From the NCBI GenBank assembly GCA_013265495.1, contig MU058463.1:3455037-3519036 (forward strand): a stretch of DNA of 64,000 nt. The letters are read 5' to 3'. Below are positions 14,165 through 27,592 of the stretch, piece by piece (position 1 is the first letter of the stretch; each line of letters starts with the position of its first letter). The notes below the pieces were generated by a model. That model was given only the letters and a program-made list of their open reading frames with translations, searched no databases and was not told the DNA's origin. This DNA is from Vicugna vicugna (Eukaryota). Made by a program: the position numbers and the translations under genes.

Positions 14165-15599
14165 TAATCTGACATCAAATATAATTACCCTTCCAAACTA
14201 TTAATATTTCTATCCAGAGAGATCTAGTAAATTGTTTTATAGTGTCCCTTTGTATTACATGATAGATGATTTTTTTTAAATATGACTTTAACTCAGAAAT
14301 CACTATATTTGACTTCTGCCTACAAATTGTAGTCACCCACTCCCTACTGTCTCAAACAATCAGTTTTACTCATAGAGTTACTCAGAAGATTAAGAAAAAT
14401 TACATATATTGATGTCTGACAGATGCCACATGATAAAATAAGAGCCACACAAGGATTAAATGCACAGTTCCCATTTGGGGTCGATTTTGGACGATGCTGC
14501 ACAGAATAGACTATGTTAGACTCTTTTTCACATGGATATGAAAATAACAAGTCAAACAAAGCAATTTAAGCTCAGGTTCTACCATCAGTTTTCTGCCTTC
14601 ATTCCATGGAAGAGATGTGCTACTTGATGTGGACTGTATAAAACTAGTCCTCACTTGGCCACTTGCATTTGTGCATAACATCAATCCCCCCATTCACTCA
14701 CTCCTTTAACAACCTAGCATGAAATAAAATACTCTCTTCCCTTCTCTGGGGATGATCGATTTGTCCCTGGTGGTTCATTATTGGAAAAAGCCAAGAACTT
14801 AGCTTCCTTGTAAAATTGAAGGCTCTTTATTAAAAGTCTTTGGCTACACTTAAACTCATAGATTTTTAGAGCTAGAAGAGAACATTAATCAACTCCCCCA
14901 TTTTACAGAACAGAAAGCAGTGGACTGCCCATTTTCTTATAAATTCTTAGAAAACAAACTGAATGGGATTTAAAAAATAGCAAGACAAAATTTGGATGAA
15001 TAAAACTGAGACACTTATACACTTTATAACCCAATAGTGTAACAATATTGAAAAGGCACATGAGATTAACACATGGCTGAAGAAGATGGCAGCGTAATAT
15101 TAAACTTACTGACATGGAAAGATGTTTCTGACATGGTCAAGACCATGGAGTAGTATGTAGAGTAAAGTTTTATTAAAATAAACTATAAACATATTTCCAT
15201 AAACATGAACATATACAGTCATTGTGCATATACGTGTGTGGTAATACTCCTACTTGCATAGGAAAAAGTCTTGAGTTATATATTTATCAAATAGGAAGAG
15301 TATTTCTCAAGTCATCAAGAGTAAGCATCAAGAATTACGATGGGCTTTCTCTTTTAATATGAATGAAAAGATGAAGTGTAATTATACACATTTTTTTCTT
15401 CTCTGTATTTTCTAGTTTAAAAAAAATGATTACAAACTACTTAGGTAATTGTATATTTTTAAGGGGAAAAAACAAGAGGGCATGGAAAGAAAGTGGCCTA
15501 GGAATTGGAGATCATGCAAAAAAAGAACCCTGGAGAGGAGGAAGGGCAGTGAGCGTGTACCTGGTGTAGACGTGTACTGAGTTACTTTGTTCTATACAG

Positions 15600-15734
15600 T
15601 CATGCTTATGCTGCTGGTGCCAGTCATTTGAAGAAAAACAGTCCTTGGAGGAAAAGCAGTCGTGCTTAAAGTTCAAAGCTAATGACCACGGATATGACAA
15701 CTTCCGTTCCAGTAATAAATACAGCTCGTCTTGA
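15600..15734 (+). CDS. EDNRB: Endothelin receptor type B, coding part of exon 7 (C-terminal tail, stop TGA 15732-15734)
   Basis: atacag|[47 protein letters not shown], the ETB Cys cluster and C-terminus. Confidence 0.98.
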   Translation, partial: SCLCCWCQSFEEKQSLEEKQSCLKFKANDHGYDNFRSSNKYSSS

Positions 15735-18090
15735 AAGAAGGAATATTCACTTTCTTTATGTTGGACAGAAATGCTTACAACAATGAGGCATTTGCCAAAA
15801 CAAAACAAAACAACTGTGTGTTTGCACAAAAACCATGTAAAAATGTAACAGTGATTATTTTCTTAACACTCAGAGTTACACATGACATTTTATGAGCTGT
15901 TTACAGCATGAGGAGAAAAGCAGTGAGAATTGAGAAAAACCTCACTGTGAAAGCACTTAATTCTTTATAGTCAGCACTTCGCCCTAGCTCTTCAGAACTT
16001 CCAGTATATTCGTAAACCACTTACATTTAAATTGAAAGACATTTGTTTTTTTAAATTCAGGTGACTCTGATATAAAGGAAAAATGTGTCACTGTGAAACA
16101 GCATTTAAAAATGAAATTTCAATTACTCCATTTAAAATTTTAAAAATCTTTTAAAAGAACTTTTTTATTAATAGCCTCACACTGTTGGTTGGACTATAAT
16201 TGGAGACAGAATGTGAAAGCAGTTTAACTGGTGTCTTTTTTTGGACATTAGAGACAGATTTAAATGATCAGGAGAGACTATTGGAGAGATTGTGATTTTT
16301 GAAAATCATTCAACTTTACATTCAGATGAGATCAGATGTCACAAAAGGACAGAGAGAGGTTTGGAATACCATCCCACATGACTGTTTTGAACTCTCCCGT
16401 TCGTGTACTCTGCAAAGAAAATAGTACCTACAATTTTTTAAGGATTATTAGAACAGTCTTCTTTCACTATTGTAGTTTAAATGCTGTTTGTTTAGTTGTG
16501 TCATTTGTAAATATTTAGCTGCAATGCACAATGTGTAGATGATTAAACCACGGGCAGGCCCCAGTGTTCATACCTTTACAATGGAGAGATGCCAAGAACC
16601 CGTATGGACAGTGTGAGTTGCCTGGAGCAGTGTTCACGTGGTAGAGAAGGCAGCATCCTCTCTCGCCCCTGCTGCAGTTCAAATGGTCTCTGGCATATAT
16701 ATAATATGAGAGTCAAAATAATGACTGTTTTTTAAGATTACAGAAATTAGAGTCAATTTAACAGTTAACTGTAAAGCTTACTACTAATGTTTATATTATT
16801 TTTGTAAATAACTAATGGAAAGGGGTTCTTGACGTGGTGCTTTTCAGTCACTTACCAGCCAAACTGCTTTCTGAGACTATTAAGAACCTCTTACTTTGTG
16901 CATTCTTGCCTGATTCTTTCATCTGCCCAGCAAAGTGCCTTAGGTTAACTTGGATGAGATGTGTGTGAAAGTATGTACGGGAGAAAACAGAAGACAGAGG
17001 AAATGAGAAGGGGTGGGAGGAAACCCGTGGGGACGGATTCCCATTCTCAGCCTGATGTTCGTCATTGCCCCGTCACATCAATGCAAAAGGTCCTGATTCT
17101 GTTCCAGCAAAACATAGTGCAATGTTCTCAGAGCGACTTCAGGAACAAATTGGGCCCAAGAGCTTTAACTCTGTCTTAAAATATAACAGAGTTTCTACTT
17201 TTTTTTTTTAACCCAGGGCCACATGTTGAGAATAAACTAGCAATGTTGTTTTCCACCAGCATCTCTTGTGATAATACAGTAAACTAAACCCCAGCAATCT
17301 GGCCACAAGGAAAGGCTATTTACAAAACACTCAGTCTTGTTAATTTCTTCCCAATCACTTTTTCAGATGCTTGTCATCACAAAAGACTTTTCAAACTTTG
17401 GATTTTAAATTAACTTTGTGTCACTAATACTTTCAGTTTATTAATGTGTTTTTTATTCCTATTTAAATTTTAGCTCATGTTATTACCATTAATTTAGTTT
17501 CTTCCTCCTCATTTGCATTATAATACCCTTCTCCCTGTCAGAGTCCTGGTCTGTGATCATCTTGCCAAATTTTAAAATCTACACAAAGAGTATATACTTG
17601 CACTATTTATAGTGAAATTGTGTCCAGTAGCGTTTCTAAAAATGTTTGATTCAAAATTTGAACATATTGACAAAAGTTGGTAAGAAACAAACATGATGTC
17701 TTAGCATAAAGAAAATCAATTTAGGAAAAGGTGCTACTGTTTAAAACATATTTTTGAGTATTAAGGACTGTATAATAATGGACAAAAATAGTGTTAACCA
17801 CATGGATGTTAAAACTTAAAAGATTTATAAATGATTTTAGACTGTTTTCTCCTTTATATTTGCTAATATGGGTGCATGCTGGTATTGACAGCTAACAAGA
17901 TATGGCCAAAGGAATACAGTTTATAACAAAACATGGCTATGCTGTAGCTAACTTTATAAAATTGTAATATAACCATGAAAATAATTATATATTTTGTTTT
18001 TCTGTAGTCACTTAAAGTGGCAGCTACTGTAGTTGCTGATTCCTTGTTATGTAAAAAAAAAATCAATAAAAATTTAAATTGTTCTATAAA
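15735..18090 (+). other. EDNRB: EDNRB 3' UTR (AU-rich; 3' end approximate)
   Basis: Follows the stop codon, no obvious interspersed repeat, several ATTTA pentamers, ends near AATAAA at 18065 followed by T-rich ttgtttttc. Confidence 0.8.
18065..18070 (+). terminator. EDNRB: Probable main polyadenylation signal of EDNRB (AATAAA)
   Basis: Canonical hexamer with TGTA motifs upstream and a T-rich element about 30 nt downstream. Confidence 0.7.
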
Positions 18091-19834
18091 CGACCACCTT
18101 GTTTTTCACTGAGCAGGCAATAATTCATGAAATACTAATTTATTAGTAAGTGTTTAGGAAATATAAATGTTACAATGGATACTACTTATGTTAAACATAC
18201 AATTATCAAGGAAATGTGAACATTGTTAAATTAAAATGCTAAGTTTCTGTTATGTTTTACTGTTGTGAGTAATCATCTATATATACAGACATTTGATTTT
18301 CCCAGGTTGATTATCTGGTTGATGGTTTCCAACAGCACCTTATGTCTTTCTGTTTCTGGTTTCCTGCCTTTGGAACACTTCATTGTTTAATCATTACTGT
18401 ACCATAGGTCAAAGGTGAAACATTGAAATGAGATTTTGGAATCACTCATTTCATTTCACAAGCTCCTTTTGAGTGTGTACCATGTGCAAGATGGGATGAA
18501 ATTAATGAAATGAGAGGTTCCTATTGGATAAGAGAGAGAAATGATAACAAAATTTAATACAAGGCAAAATGAACACTAAATAACTGTATGCTGACTGCTC
18601 TCAAAGTTCATGTGTCTGGGTCTTGCAGCCCATAATCCCTTTCTTTCCCTGACAAAAATAATCAAGAGTTAGCACTGACTCTTTCCCATTTAGTTGTCTT
18701 AAACTCAGCCTAGTGTTCTAGAGGTTTCCATGAGCTATCCCTCACCTTTGCTGGATTTCAGCTGCCTAATGTGAGCTGGGCATTTTGAGATATAGGTGTT
18801 CTGAATCCCAGGGGCCATATGAGAAGTACAAGAAAGCAAAACACAAGCAGAACCCTCTCTACTAGGCACCAAAAGGAGCCTGCCTTCTCTTGAACTGTCA
18901 GTTGTCAAGTTACAATAGTAATAGTAATGCCCACACAATTCACTATAGTAAAAGTAGCAGAATAAATACAATTTATATTCTTGGAAGAAAACCAAAAGGT
19001 GGAAATGTCCAGAAATCCAAATAGTGCAGAGACCAACCTTGGGAAGAGCCATGACTCTTGCTTTCAGTCATTAGTCAGCCTCAGAAGTGACAATGCTTAA
19101 TAATCAACAGATCGAATGTGTATATCCAAATTAGAAAATCCCACTGGACTCTTCCAGGATTCAAGGCTCACTTGAGTGCAGGGAATAACCCCATCATGGT
19201 AGGAAGGCAGCCTGTGCAGTGGGAAAAGCACTAAATGTCAAAAAAATATATGATATCCTTGATTGTTTCAGCAATATGGTTGACCTCAAACAAGGCAGTT
19301 GACATCTCAGAGTCCCAGTTTAACTATCTATAAAATATAGATTTAATATTCCCAGCCTAATTCTTACATCAAAGCAAAAAATTTTTAGTGTTCTTACTAT
19401 ATAATTTTACTGTACTCTCTAAAGTACAGATACACTCAAATGCACAAGATATAGCCCCTGCCCTTCAGAGACTCACAATCTAATAAGGGAGATAGATAAA
19501 TAACAACAACAACAAAAAAGCAGTTAGTATATTATAGTTACTGGAATATAGATACATAGATGGTAAAAATCAGAAGTTCAGGAAAGCACATCAGAGGAGC
19601 TGGTGCTTCAACTGAGCCTTAAAGGAAATTTGTTCAGCAGACCAGGAGTTAATGACATTGCTGGCAAAATTACTATCTAGTGGGGAAACTGAAAGGGGTG
19701 AACCAGCATGGCCAGTTCAGGTAAAGGGCTGCCTCAAAAACATGCTGAAGGAGGGAGTGGTGAGAGGTGGGGCTGGAGAGATGGGATGTCAGGCATGGTC
19801 TGTGTTCCACGCAGGGGTGTGCCCTTTCCCACGG

Positions 19835-20010
19835 CCAGTGTTCCTCAAATGTCTGAGGACTGCATGCCACAGACTCGTCTGGATATTTGTTAAATGCAGA
19901 TTCCTGGTCTTTAACTCTGATTCATTTAACCAGAACCTCTCAGGTGGAGCCAGAAATATTTAATTTAACAAAGACTTCAGGTAGCTCTTAAGCATCTGAG
20001 ATTGGGGAAG
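19835..20010. mobile_element. MER5A-like hAT-Charlie MITE
   Basis: ccagtgttcctcaaa...ttgttaaatgcagattcctgg...cagaacctctcaggtggagccagaaat...tttaacaa. Confidence 0.65.
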
Positions 20011-20315
20011 CCCTACGGTGTAGACATGTGCAAAGCATTGGGTATTTTAAATAAGCAGTAACGGGGTAAGTTCTGTTCTCCTATGACACTACTTTGGAAG
20101 CCATGTGGAGCATGAACTATGGGACAGAAAGCAAGGAGATGGGATAAACAGGTACTGCAACTGAGAGGTAGGAGAGATGAGGGTCTGAGAGAGGAAAGTG
20201 TGTGGAGATGTGGAGGGAAGATGTGGAAGGACAGTGACCATAACCTGCCGAGTAGAGAGAGATGCAAGGTAAAGCTCTCAAGAGGTTTCTGGCCAAAGTG
20301 GCCATTAACCTGGAT

Positions 20316-20529
20316 CAGGGATCAGCAACACATGGCCCAAGGGCCAAAGCCAGCCTCCTGGCCTGCTTTTGTAAATACAGGCTTTGGAGACACAGCCACA
20401 ACCATTTGTTTACATATTGACTGTGGCTGCCTTTCACTACAACAGCACAATCATGACGGAAACTGCATGAGCCACAAAGCCTAACGTATGTACTGTCTGG
20501 CCTTGACTGAAAACATTTGCCAACCCCTG
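20316..20529. mobile_element. MER58A-like hAT-Charlie MITE with terminal inverted repeats and 8-bp TSD
   Basis: Starts cagggatcagcaa, ends ttgccaacccctg. Flanked by acctggat (20308-20315) and acttggat (20530-20537), 7/8 identical. Confidence 0.85.
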
Positions 20530-21007
20530 ACTTGGATAAACAACAGTAAGGGAAAAGAGAGGCCACGATTGAACTGGAGGAGGAAGAAGAATTCTGGGGA
20601 TGAAGTAAAGTCTGCCTGGGATAGAATGAGCTTAAGGTGCCAGGGAGCATCCGCAGGGAAACTTGGCAGCTATATCTGGGTTCAAGACAAAAATGTGTTT
20701 GCTGTGGTTTAAAGAGGCTTGATGAAAGTGGGGTGAATGGAAATGTTCAAGGAGAATCAGGAAAAAGTAGGAAAAAAAGAGTAAAATAATGGGGGTCACA
20801 AATGCAACAGGGGTGGACAAAGAAATTCGGAAGAGACTGCAAGGAACAAGGAAGGCTGGTGTCATCAAAGTCCTGGGAAGGTGACGTAAAAGCAAAGGAG
20901 TAGGCTGCCAACCAGAAATGAGAACTTTCAAAGTGATCTTTGAAACTGGAGATTTGAAAAACATCAACAACCCCATTTGGAGCATCCGGAGCAGTTTGTG
21001 TGAAAAG

Positions 21008-21067
21008 GTGTGTGTGCGCATGTGTGCACGTGTGTGTGTGCATGTGTGTGAGAGAGAGAGGGAGAGA
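21008..21067. repeat. Compound (TG)n/(GA)n microsatellite
   Basis: Read directly. Confidence 0.85.
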
Positions 21068-21179
21068 TGATGACAATATATCTCTGTCTTCTCATCCCCT
21101 ATTCACTCATTAATACATATTTTATATATACGTCATATAGTGTGTCACCTTAGCAATAGAGAAGGATTATGCTTTTGGT

Positions 21180-24050
21180 TAAAGACAGTGTATTAAAAAT
21201 GTATGCTTTTTTCCCAAAACTCCACTAAAATGACAGGAAAAAATATGTAAAAGGTATAAACCCACAAAGACAGAGATGAAAGAGGAGATGCCAGCCAACC
21301 AGAAATCTGAACAGAACCGTGTCAGAGGGACACCAGAGAGATGAGGGACAACTTGGTCAGACTTCAGCTCTCTCTGCACAGCATCTGCCAGGGAGGCAGA
21401 CCGACGTGTTTCACAGCCCAGGGAGTTGGTGGTGTAGGTGTCTTTGAAGACAACAGACCAAAGTGAAGCCAGAAACAAAAGAATTGATTAAAAGTCCAAG
21501 AAATCAGACTCCAGCATCCATCTCCATCCTGTACCCCAGTGATTGTCCCTAGTTAGCCGGAGGCAGGTGGCTTATCTTCTGGAGAGCTTGTGCTCGATGA
21601 CCCATGGACTCGGTCACACAGTGAGGACAGCTGAAGGTGGGAGGGGAGGGAAGTCCCTTACCAGAATCAAAAGGACTAAGCAAAGCCCTGCCTTACAGAC
21701 AGTGAGAGCTTAAGCGCTCATCTCCCACCAGACACACCAGAACAGAGACTAGCAGCTCCACACATCCAGGCAAGAGACTGAAGGCTCTGTCTTAAGGAAA
21801 TAACCAGCTCAACTGAAGAAAAAAAAAAAACACCTACGGATAATCGATATTGAGGGTGAAGAGGGTTCCCGCTGAAGTATGTTTTGTGCCACCTCCCCCA
21901 CCACCCCGCCCCGCAACATACATAGAATTTCCAGTTTGCCTCTTGTGCCACACTTTTCAATATGAACGAGCAGGCAAAGGCCAGTGGACATTTTAGGAAG
22001 ACATCCAAAGTGAAAGATAGAACCTGAAGAAAACAGAAAACAAAAGTGAGGAGACTGAGGTGCAGGGAACACAAGAAAAAAATGCTGCAGAATTATAATT
22101 AATTTTTAACCCAGAACAATAAAAAAAACCAGCAAAAACAGGATGCTATATGAATAAAAGGAAAATTCAAAGATCAAGAAAGTATTTCTGGAAAATTAAA
22201 ATATGCTATGAGAAATAAAATAAAATACAATTAAATGATTTCAAAGATGAAGTTGAGGAAAAGCAGAATGTAAAGCTATTCTACCAAAGTGTGCTTAAGC
22301 TAAACTAAGGAAGGAAATTAAAGAATTCAGGAAACAGGTGAATCCAACACAGGAAAGACTCAAAAACTATTCCCAAGATGACAGAGGGGGGGAAAATACT
22401 GTTTAACCTGTCTACAATGTAATCAATCTGGTTAGGAATTCAAAAGCAAAGGAAGGGTATCTCCAAGGAAAAAACAGAACAGAGACTGCCTGTTATATTT
22501 GACCGTATTTATAGGAGTTTGTAATTCTGTGAAAACACCTGAGGATAAATGAATGATAGTTACAAAGAATGTAAGCAAGCAAAAAGTAATTAGGCAATTA
22601 TTAATCTCCAAATCTTTTTCTTGTAGAGAAAAATATATATAATCATAACTAAATGACTTGGATGTAAGTTAATTTATGTTGTCAATATGAACACTGAAGA
22701 TTGCTTTAAATAATCTTGTGACAGATAAAACAATGACATAAATAAATTGGAAGAAAAAGAGAAAGAAGAGCGTACATGAGGGTTATGGTGCAACAAATGT
22801 AAATCTTAATTTTCTATGGTTAAAAAAATCTAACAGCCACTTGGAAAAATAATTGTGGACTATTTAGAAAAGTTGAAGATATGTTTATTCTATGACCAAA
22901 TTTCTACTTATAGAAAAACTGCTTAGGTGACCAGCATACAGATATCAGAATGTTCACAGAAGTATTGTTTATTTCAACCAAAAATGGAATAACTCTAATT
23001 CCATCAGTACTAGTTTCTGTAGCTAAATTTTGTGGTAAATCCAGGTAATGAAATACTCTCCTACAGGTTTCTCAACCTCAACACTATTTACACCTTTGGC
23101 TAGAAAATTCTTTATCATAGGGTCTTCCTTGTTCATTGTAGGACGTTTGGCAGCATTCCTAGCCCCAGTCTTCTAGACACCTGTAGCACCCCCGTCACCT
23201 GTGACAAACAGAATGTCTCCAGACATCGCCAAATGTCTCCTGGGGGCGAAATCGCATCCTGTTGAGAACTACTGCACTACTAGTCAGTCTGCTTTCATTA
23301 ACACAAATTTCAAAATCTTGCAAAACCAAGCTATATTTTACAGAGTGGTGCACACATAGATGACAAAAAACAAATACATAAAGGAAAGCGAAAAGTATTA
23401 CATAATAAGGACAGTTGTTATTTGTGAAGACAGGAGATTGTTGTGATCTGGAAGAGATGCATGGGGCTCTTCTAGCTTTGGAGAGATGTTTATTATTTAT
23501 TATATTATGAATTTATAGTTACTTTGTATATAAAAATGCATATGTAATATGGTTGTATATGTTAAATATATAACTATATTGTATATAAATATATACTTAA
23601 CATACAACTGTACTTTATACATTATATATTACATATGCATTATATAAAATTATATATAGTATATATATTTTATGTAAAATATGATATACTTTATATATGT
23701 TAAATTTTTATCATTGTTTCTTTAAGCATATATATCTTATGCCCTCTTTTGTATTTGTGTTATAGTTCACAATCTAAGAAGTAAAAAAAGTCAGGAAAAA
23801 TATAGATAACATCTAATTGAAAAATCAAGAAATAGCAGTAAAACTATGTTATTCAGAAATATGAAAGGAAAAGCCTGAAAAGACTAGAAAAAAGGGAAAA
23901 AATGAAAGTTATTATTTAAGGATATGGAATTCACAAGTGCAAAGGACATGGGGGCGAGTCTACAAGCAGCTATAATTTATTATAAGCTTTCTTACATTAA
24001 ACTAGGTACATATATTAGTTTAATAAACATAAAAATTAATTTAAAAAATA
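21180..24050 (+). mobile_element. Highly decayed ancient L1-like region, interrupted by a MER20 and a TA-rich tract
   Basis: Strong A-skew. ORF1-like stretch near 22000-22350 and L1 3'-type stretch cagccacttggaaaaa...gttgaagatatg...ctatgacc...agaatgttcacagaagtattgttt at 22835-23050. Boundaries very approximate. Confidence 0.5.
23064..23274. mobile_element. MER20 hAT-Charlie MITE
   Basis: caggtttctcaacctcaacactatt...cattgtaggacgtttggcagcattcct...aatgtctccagacatcgccaaatgtctcctgggggcgaaatcg...gttgagaactactg. Confidence 0.9.
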
Positions 24051-24919
24051 GAATAGTGGTAGAGTGAGGCAAGTGCACACATATCCTGGGTCATAAGCTC
24101 TATAATCATTCTGGCTAGATTTTTTAATGCTACTTATTAATCACAATGGTGTTTATTATTCACAGAGCATCTGAATTCTTTTGGATTGGCAGGAGTATAA
24201 CAGGGTGAATTCACTGAATAGACACTACAGAAGCATTTTGTAATGTTGACTAAAGATCTCTTAAGCAAAGAAAGCCCAAAGGGGATTTTAAAATTGTAAT
24301 GGATTCACTATAATAAGCAGGCAAATTCTAATGCCTTACTAAATTAATTCTTGAAAGTTTAAACTTTTCAGCAGATCAAAGGAAACAGAGGGGGAAAAAC
24401 AAACAATGGTAAGAAGCTGAAAGTGAAGTTCATTTTAATACGTTACACATAGGTGGTGCTAGAAAAATTATTTTTCCGGGCGGTTGAAACATAGCATAAT
24501 CAATAAGAGAGGAATCGGCGTTAGCCTAGCTTTCAGACTAGGAAAGTTTTCAGTATTTCAGTTGCTTAAACTGACACTGCAGTCAAGTTTGGAAACTCAC
24601 TGTTCAGTTCATAATAAAAAAATCGTGGAGAAAGCCAAGTTAGAAATCTGAGATAAGTAACACTGTTCATTTATTACTATCGGCAGACCAAACTCAGTCA
24701 CTTGAGCACGGAATTCAGTGAGAACTGTGAAAAGCACAGAGGAGCCTAGAATCTTCGGCCCTTTGGGAAGGCTTCCTAGGGCAGGTGACGCTCAGGCTGA
24801 AGTCTAAGAGTGAGTGGGAGGTAGCCAGACAGAGAAGGACAAAAACAGGGAAGTTTCACCCAGCAGAGAGGACAGCACACACACAGTCTAGAGATGAGAG
24901 AAGACATGACCTCTGTAGA

Positions 24920-25004
24920 TGTGTGTCTGTGTGTGTGCATATGAATGTACATGTGTGTGTATGCGTGTGTGCATGTGTATGTGTGTGTATCAGTACTGTG
25001 TGTA

Positions 25005-25047
<43 letters not shown>
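24920..25047. repeat. (TG)n microsatellite, imperfect 5' part and perfect 3' part
   Basis: Read directly. Confidence 0.95.
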
Positions 25048-25049
<2 letters not shown>

Positions 25050-26149
25050 CATCAGGGCAACAGGCCAGTGACAGACGAGTGAACAAAAGCCAGTTCAGAA
25101 AGGCTCTTCTAAGGTAAGAAGTTCAGATTTGACCTGGGTAGCGAAGGGGAGACCCTAAATACTTTTAATCCAAGGATGTGCACTTAGAAAGATCACCATG
25201 GACGCACTGTAGACAGCGAAGAAGAGCAAAACTGGAATTCCAGAATCCAGTTCAAAGGTCATAGGTAATTTATATGACAGATATTGTGCCCTAGACTAGG
25301 GTAATAGTCCTGGAAAGATGCAGTTGGACTAAAGAGATATTTAGAAAGTAAATCAAAAGGATTAAACCACTTTTTAAAAAACTGAGATGTAATTGCATAT
25401 AACATATTTAGAAACAACTCTTTTGACTAACCTTGGTTCGAGTCACTGTTTGCTTCTAAAAAGTTGTCATGAAGATACACATAATGGTATATCTACAAAA
25501 TACATTTTGGGATGCTGAAATAGGTGATATTTAATTTGTTAATTGCACAGAAAATCTTCTTTATACACACTAAACCATGTTGGGGACAAGAAGGACTTTG
25601 TTGAGAGGATTAGGAGAGAAAAGTTACAGCTTTTTATAAACATTGGGCAGCAGCTTGAGTTGAAATGTAAATTCCTTGGAAATTTGCAGTTAGGCTACTG
25701 CCTCTTTTGTAACTCCCCCAGCTGCCTCACAGGATACTTTATACATTGTGGATATTCAGGGATGCTGACCATCAGCTCATAGTCACTTAAGTGCAGATTT
25801 AAATTATCTATTAGGTAAGCAAGAAAATTCAAAAAATAGTGACTGATGACAAATGTTAAATTCTAGGTCAGATAATATAATAAATATTGGTAGCTAGACT
25901 ACCATTAAGCATTCCAGACACATCAAGAACTGCATAGCTTGAAAACGCTTTCAATAAAAGGGAAAGTTTACATTGCCTTTGAAGAGGAAAGCAATTTTGA
26001 CTGTCGTAAAATTGTTCCTAAATCACCAGTGTTGGATACGTGGTTGAGTCTTAAGAGTGTAGGATGGAAGGTTATCTCTCATGTCCTTTCTTGCCATTTA
26101 GTTCTTCAACCTAATGCAAATGGTCTTCCAGTCTTACCATTCCACTGGA

Positions 26150-27592
26150 ACACTTGGGTCAAGGTCACCCAAAACTTGGTGTTGTCAAACTCAACAGGCG
26201 TTCCTTTGTCCTTAGGACCTCTAAGAAGCAATCAGCACAAGTGACTGCTCTCCCCTCTTTAAACACTTTCCTCATGACTCCCATGCCCTGTGTGCTGGTT
26301 TGCCTCTGCTTCATCGACCATCTCTCCTTCAATTCCTCTGTCTCCTAACCCAGCTTCTATCACACTCATGGAGGCTTGATCCCTGGTGTGTTCTTTTCTC
26401 TCCCTCCATTCTCATCCTAGCTGATCGCATTCTTTCCCACAGTATCGAATTAGCTGCTGACTTGCACGTTTGTATCATTAATCTAGCCCTCCCCTGATGC
26501 TCCATACTTTTCCTTCCAACAGCCTATTTGGCTTTTCCACTTGGGTGTCCCATGGATGTAGGAAAACTGACATATCTAAAATAAAATTTTTGATTTTCTT
26601 ACCAGAACTGTTTTCCACATCACCACCCCACCACTCTCCATACACTTCTGTAAAAGTTAAATGCACTTACCAGCCAACCAGTAATTCAAAAGAGAAATGT
26701 TGATTCCTTTCTTTTTTTCACATCCAGTGCAGGGTTCTGCTCCAACATGTTTCTCAAATCCATGCACTTCTCTCCTTCTTTGCCTCTGCCAGGGTCAGGG
26801 AAAGCCATCAACATCTGCATATTGTAACTGTCTACTGATTGGTTTTTCTACTTCTATATTTGTAAAATTATAATATTTATTAAATATCTATTGGATCATG
26901 TCACTACCCCAGTTTAACCCCTCAATAAACTCTCCTTGTACTTGGAATAAAATCCAAAGTCTTTAGCAAGACCTATGAAGCCTGCATGACGTAGACTGTC
27001 CCTATGTCTCCAACCGCATTTGTTTTAAATGGAGGTACTAGGGGTTGAACCCATGACCTAATGCATATTAAGAACATGCTCTACCACTGAGCTATACCCT
27101 CTCACCCCTCAAACCACATCTTGAGTCACTCTCTCTTGTTTCCCATCTTCTAGGTACAATGGTCTTTCTGTGGAGCCCAAAAGCCAACTACATTCCTGCC
27201 TCAGGGCCTTTGCACATACAATGTTGTTAGAACACTCTCCCTCTTCCCTACTAGTTGCAATGCATGGCTAGCTCCTTTTTCCTTTTGGGTCTCAGCTTAA
27301 ATGCCACCTCCTTTAAAGGTGATGACTCCTCCAACAGAAATATTTAAGCTGAGACAGGAAAGAAAAGATTTTTCTATCTAAGGTAGATTCATTTTTTCAT
27401 TTTCTATCTGAGCCTATTGAATGCTTCCTTCACAGCCCTTATCACAATTTGTAATTCCTTTATCTTTTGTTCCCTTACTTGATTTGGGGGAGGAGAGCTC
27501 TCCCAGGCAAAGTTCTTTAAGGGCAGGATTCTATCTTACTCACCATTGTAGTTGGCACACGTACCCAAGAAATGTTTATTGAATGAGTGAAA
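26150..27592 (+). mobile_element. Long decayed L2 fragment with a nested SINE
   Basis: gtcaaggtcacc...gtcaaactcaa...cacttgggtgtcc...ggaataaaatccaaagtcttta...cctgcctcagggcctttgcac...tctcagcttaaatgccacctcc...aaatgtttattgaatgagtgaa. Confidence 0.75.
27020..27107 (-). mobile_element. tRNA-Ala-derived SINE (camelid vic-1-like)
   Basis: Minus strand reads gagggtatagctcagtggtagagcatgttcttaatatgcattaggtcatgggttcaacccctagtacctcca with A/B boxes and an A-rich tail. Degenerate TSD ctccaaccgcat (27008-27019) / ctcaaaccacat (27108-27119). Confidence 0.85.

Noticed and set aside
15512..15829. 105-aa antisense ORF over EDNRB exon 7
   Set aside because: Shadow ORF of a coding exon with no independent support.
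24785..25117. ORFs with VC or TH repeats
   Set aside because: Translation of a (TG)n microsatellite.
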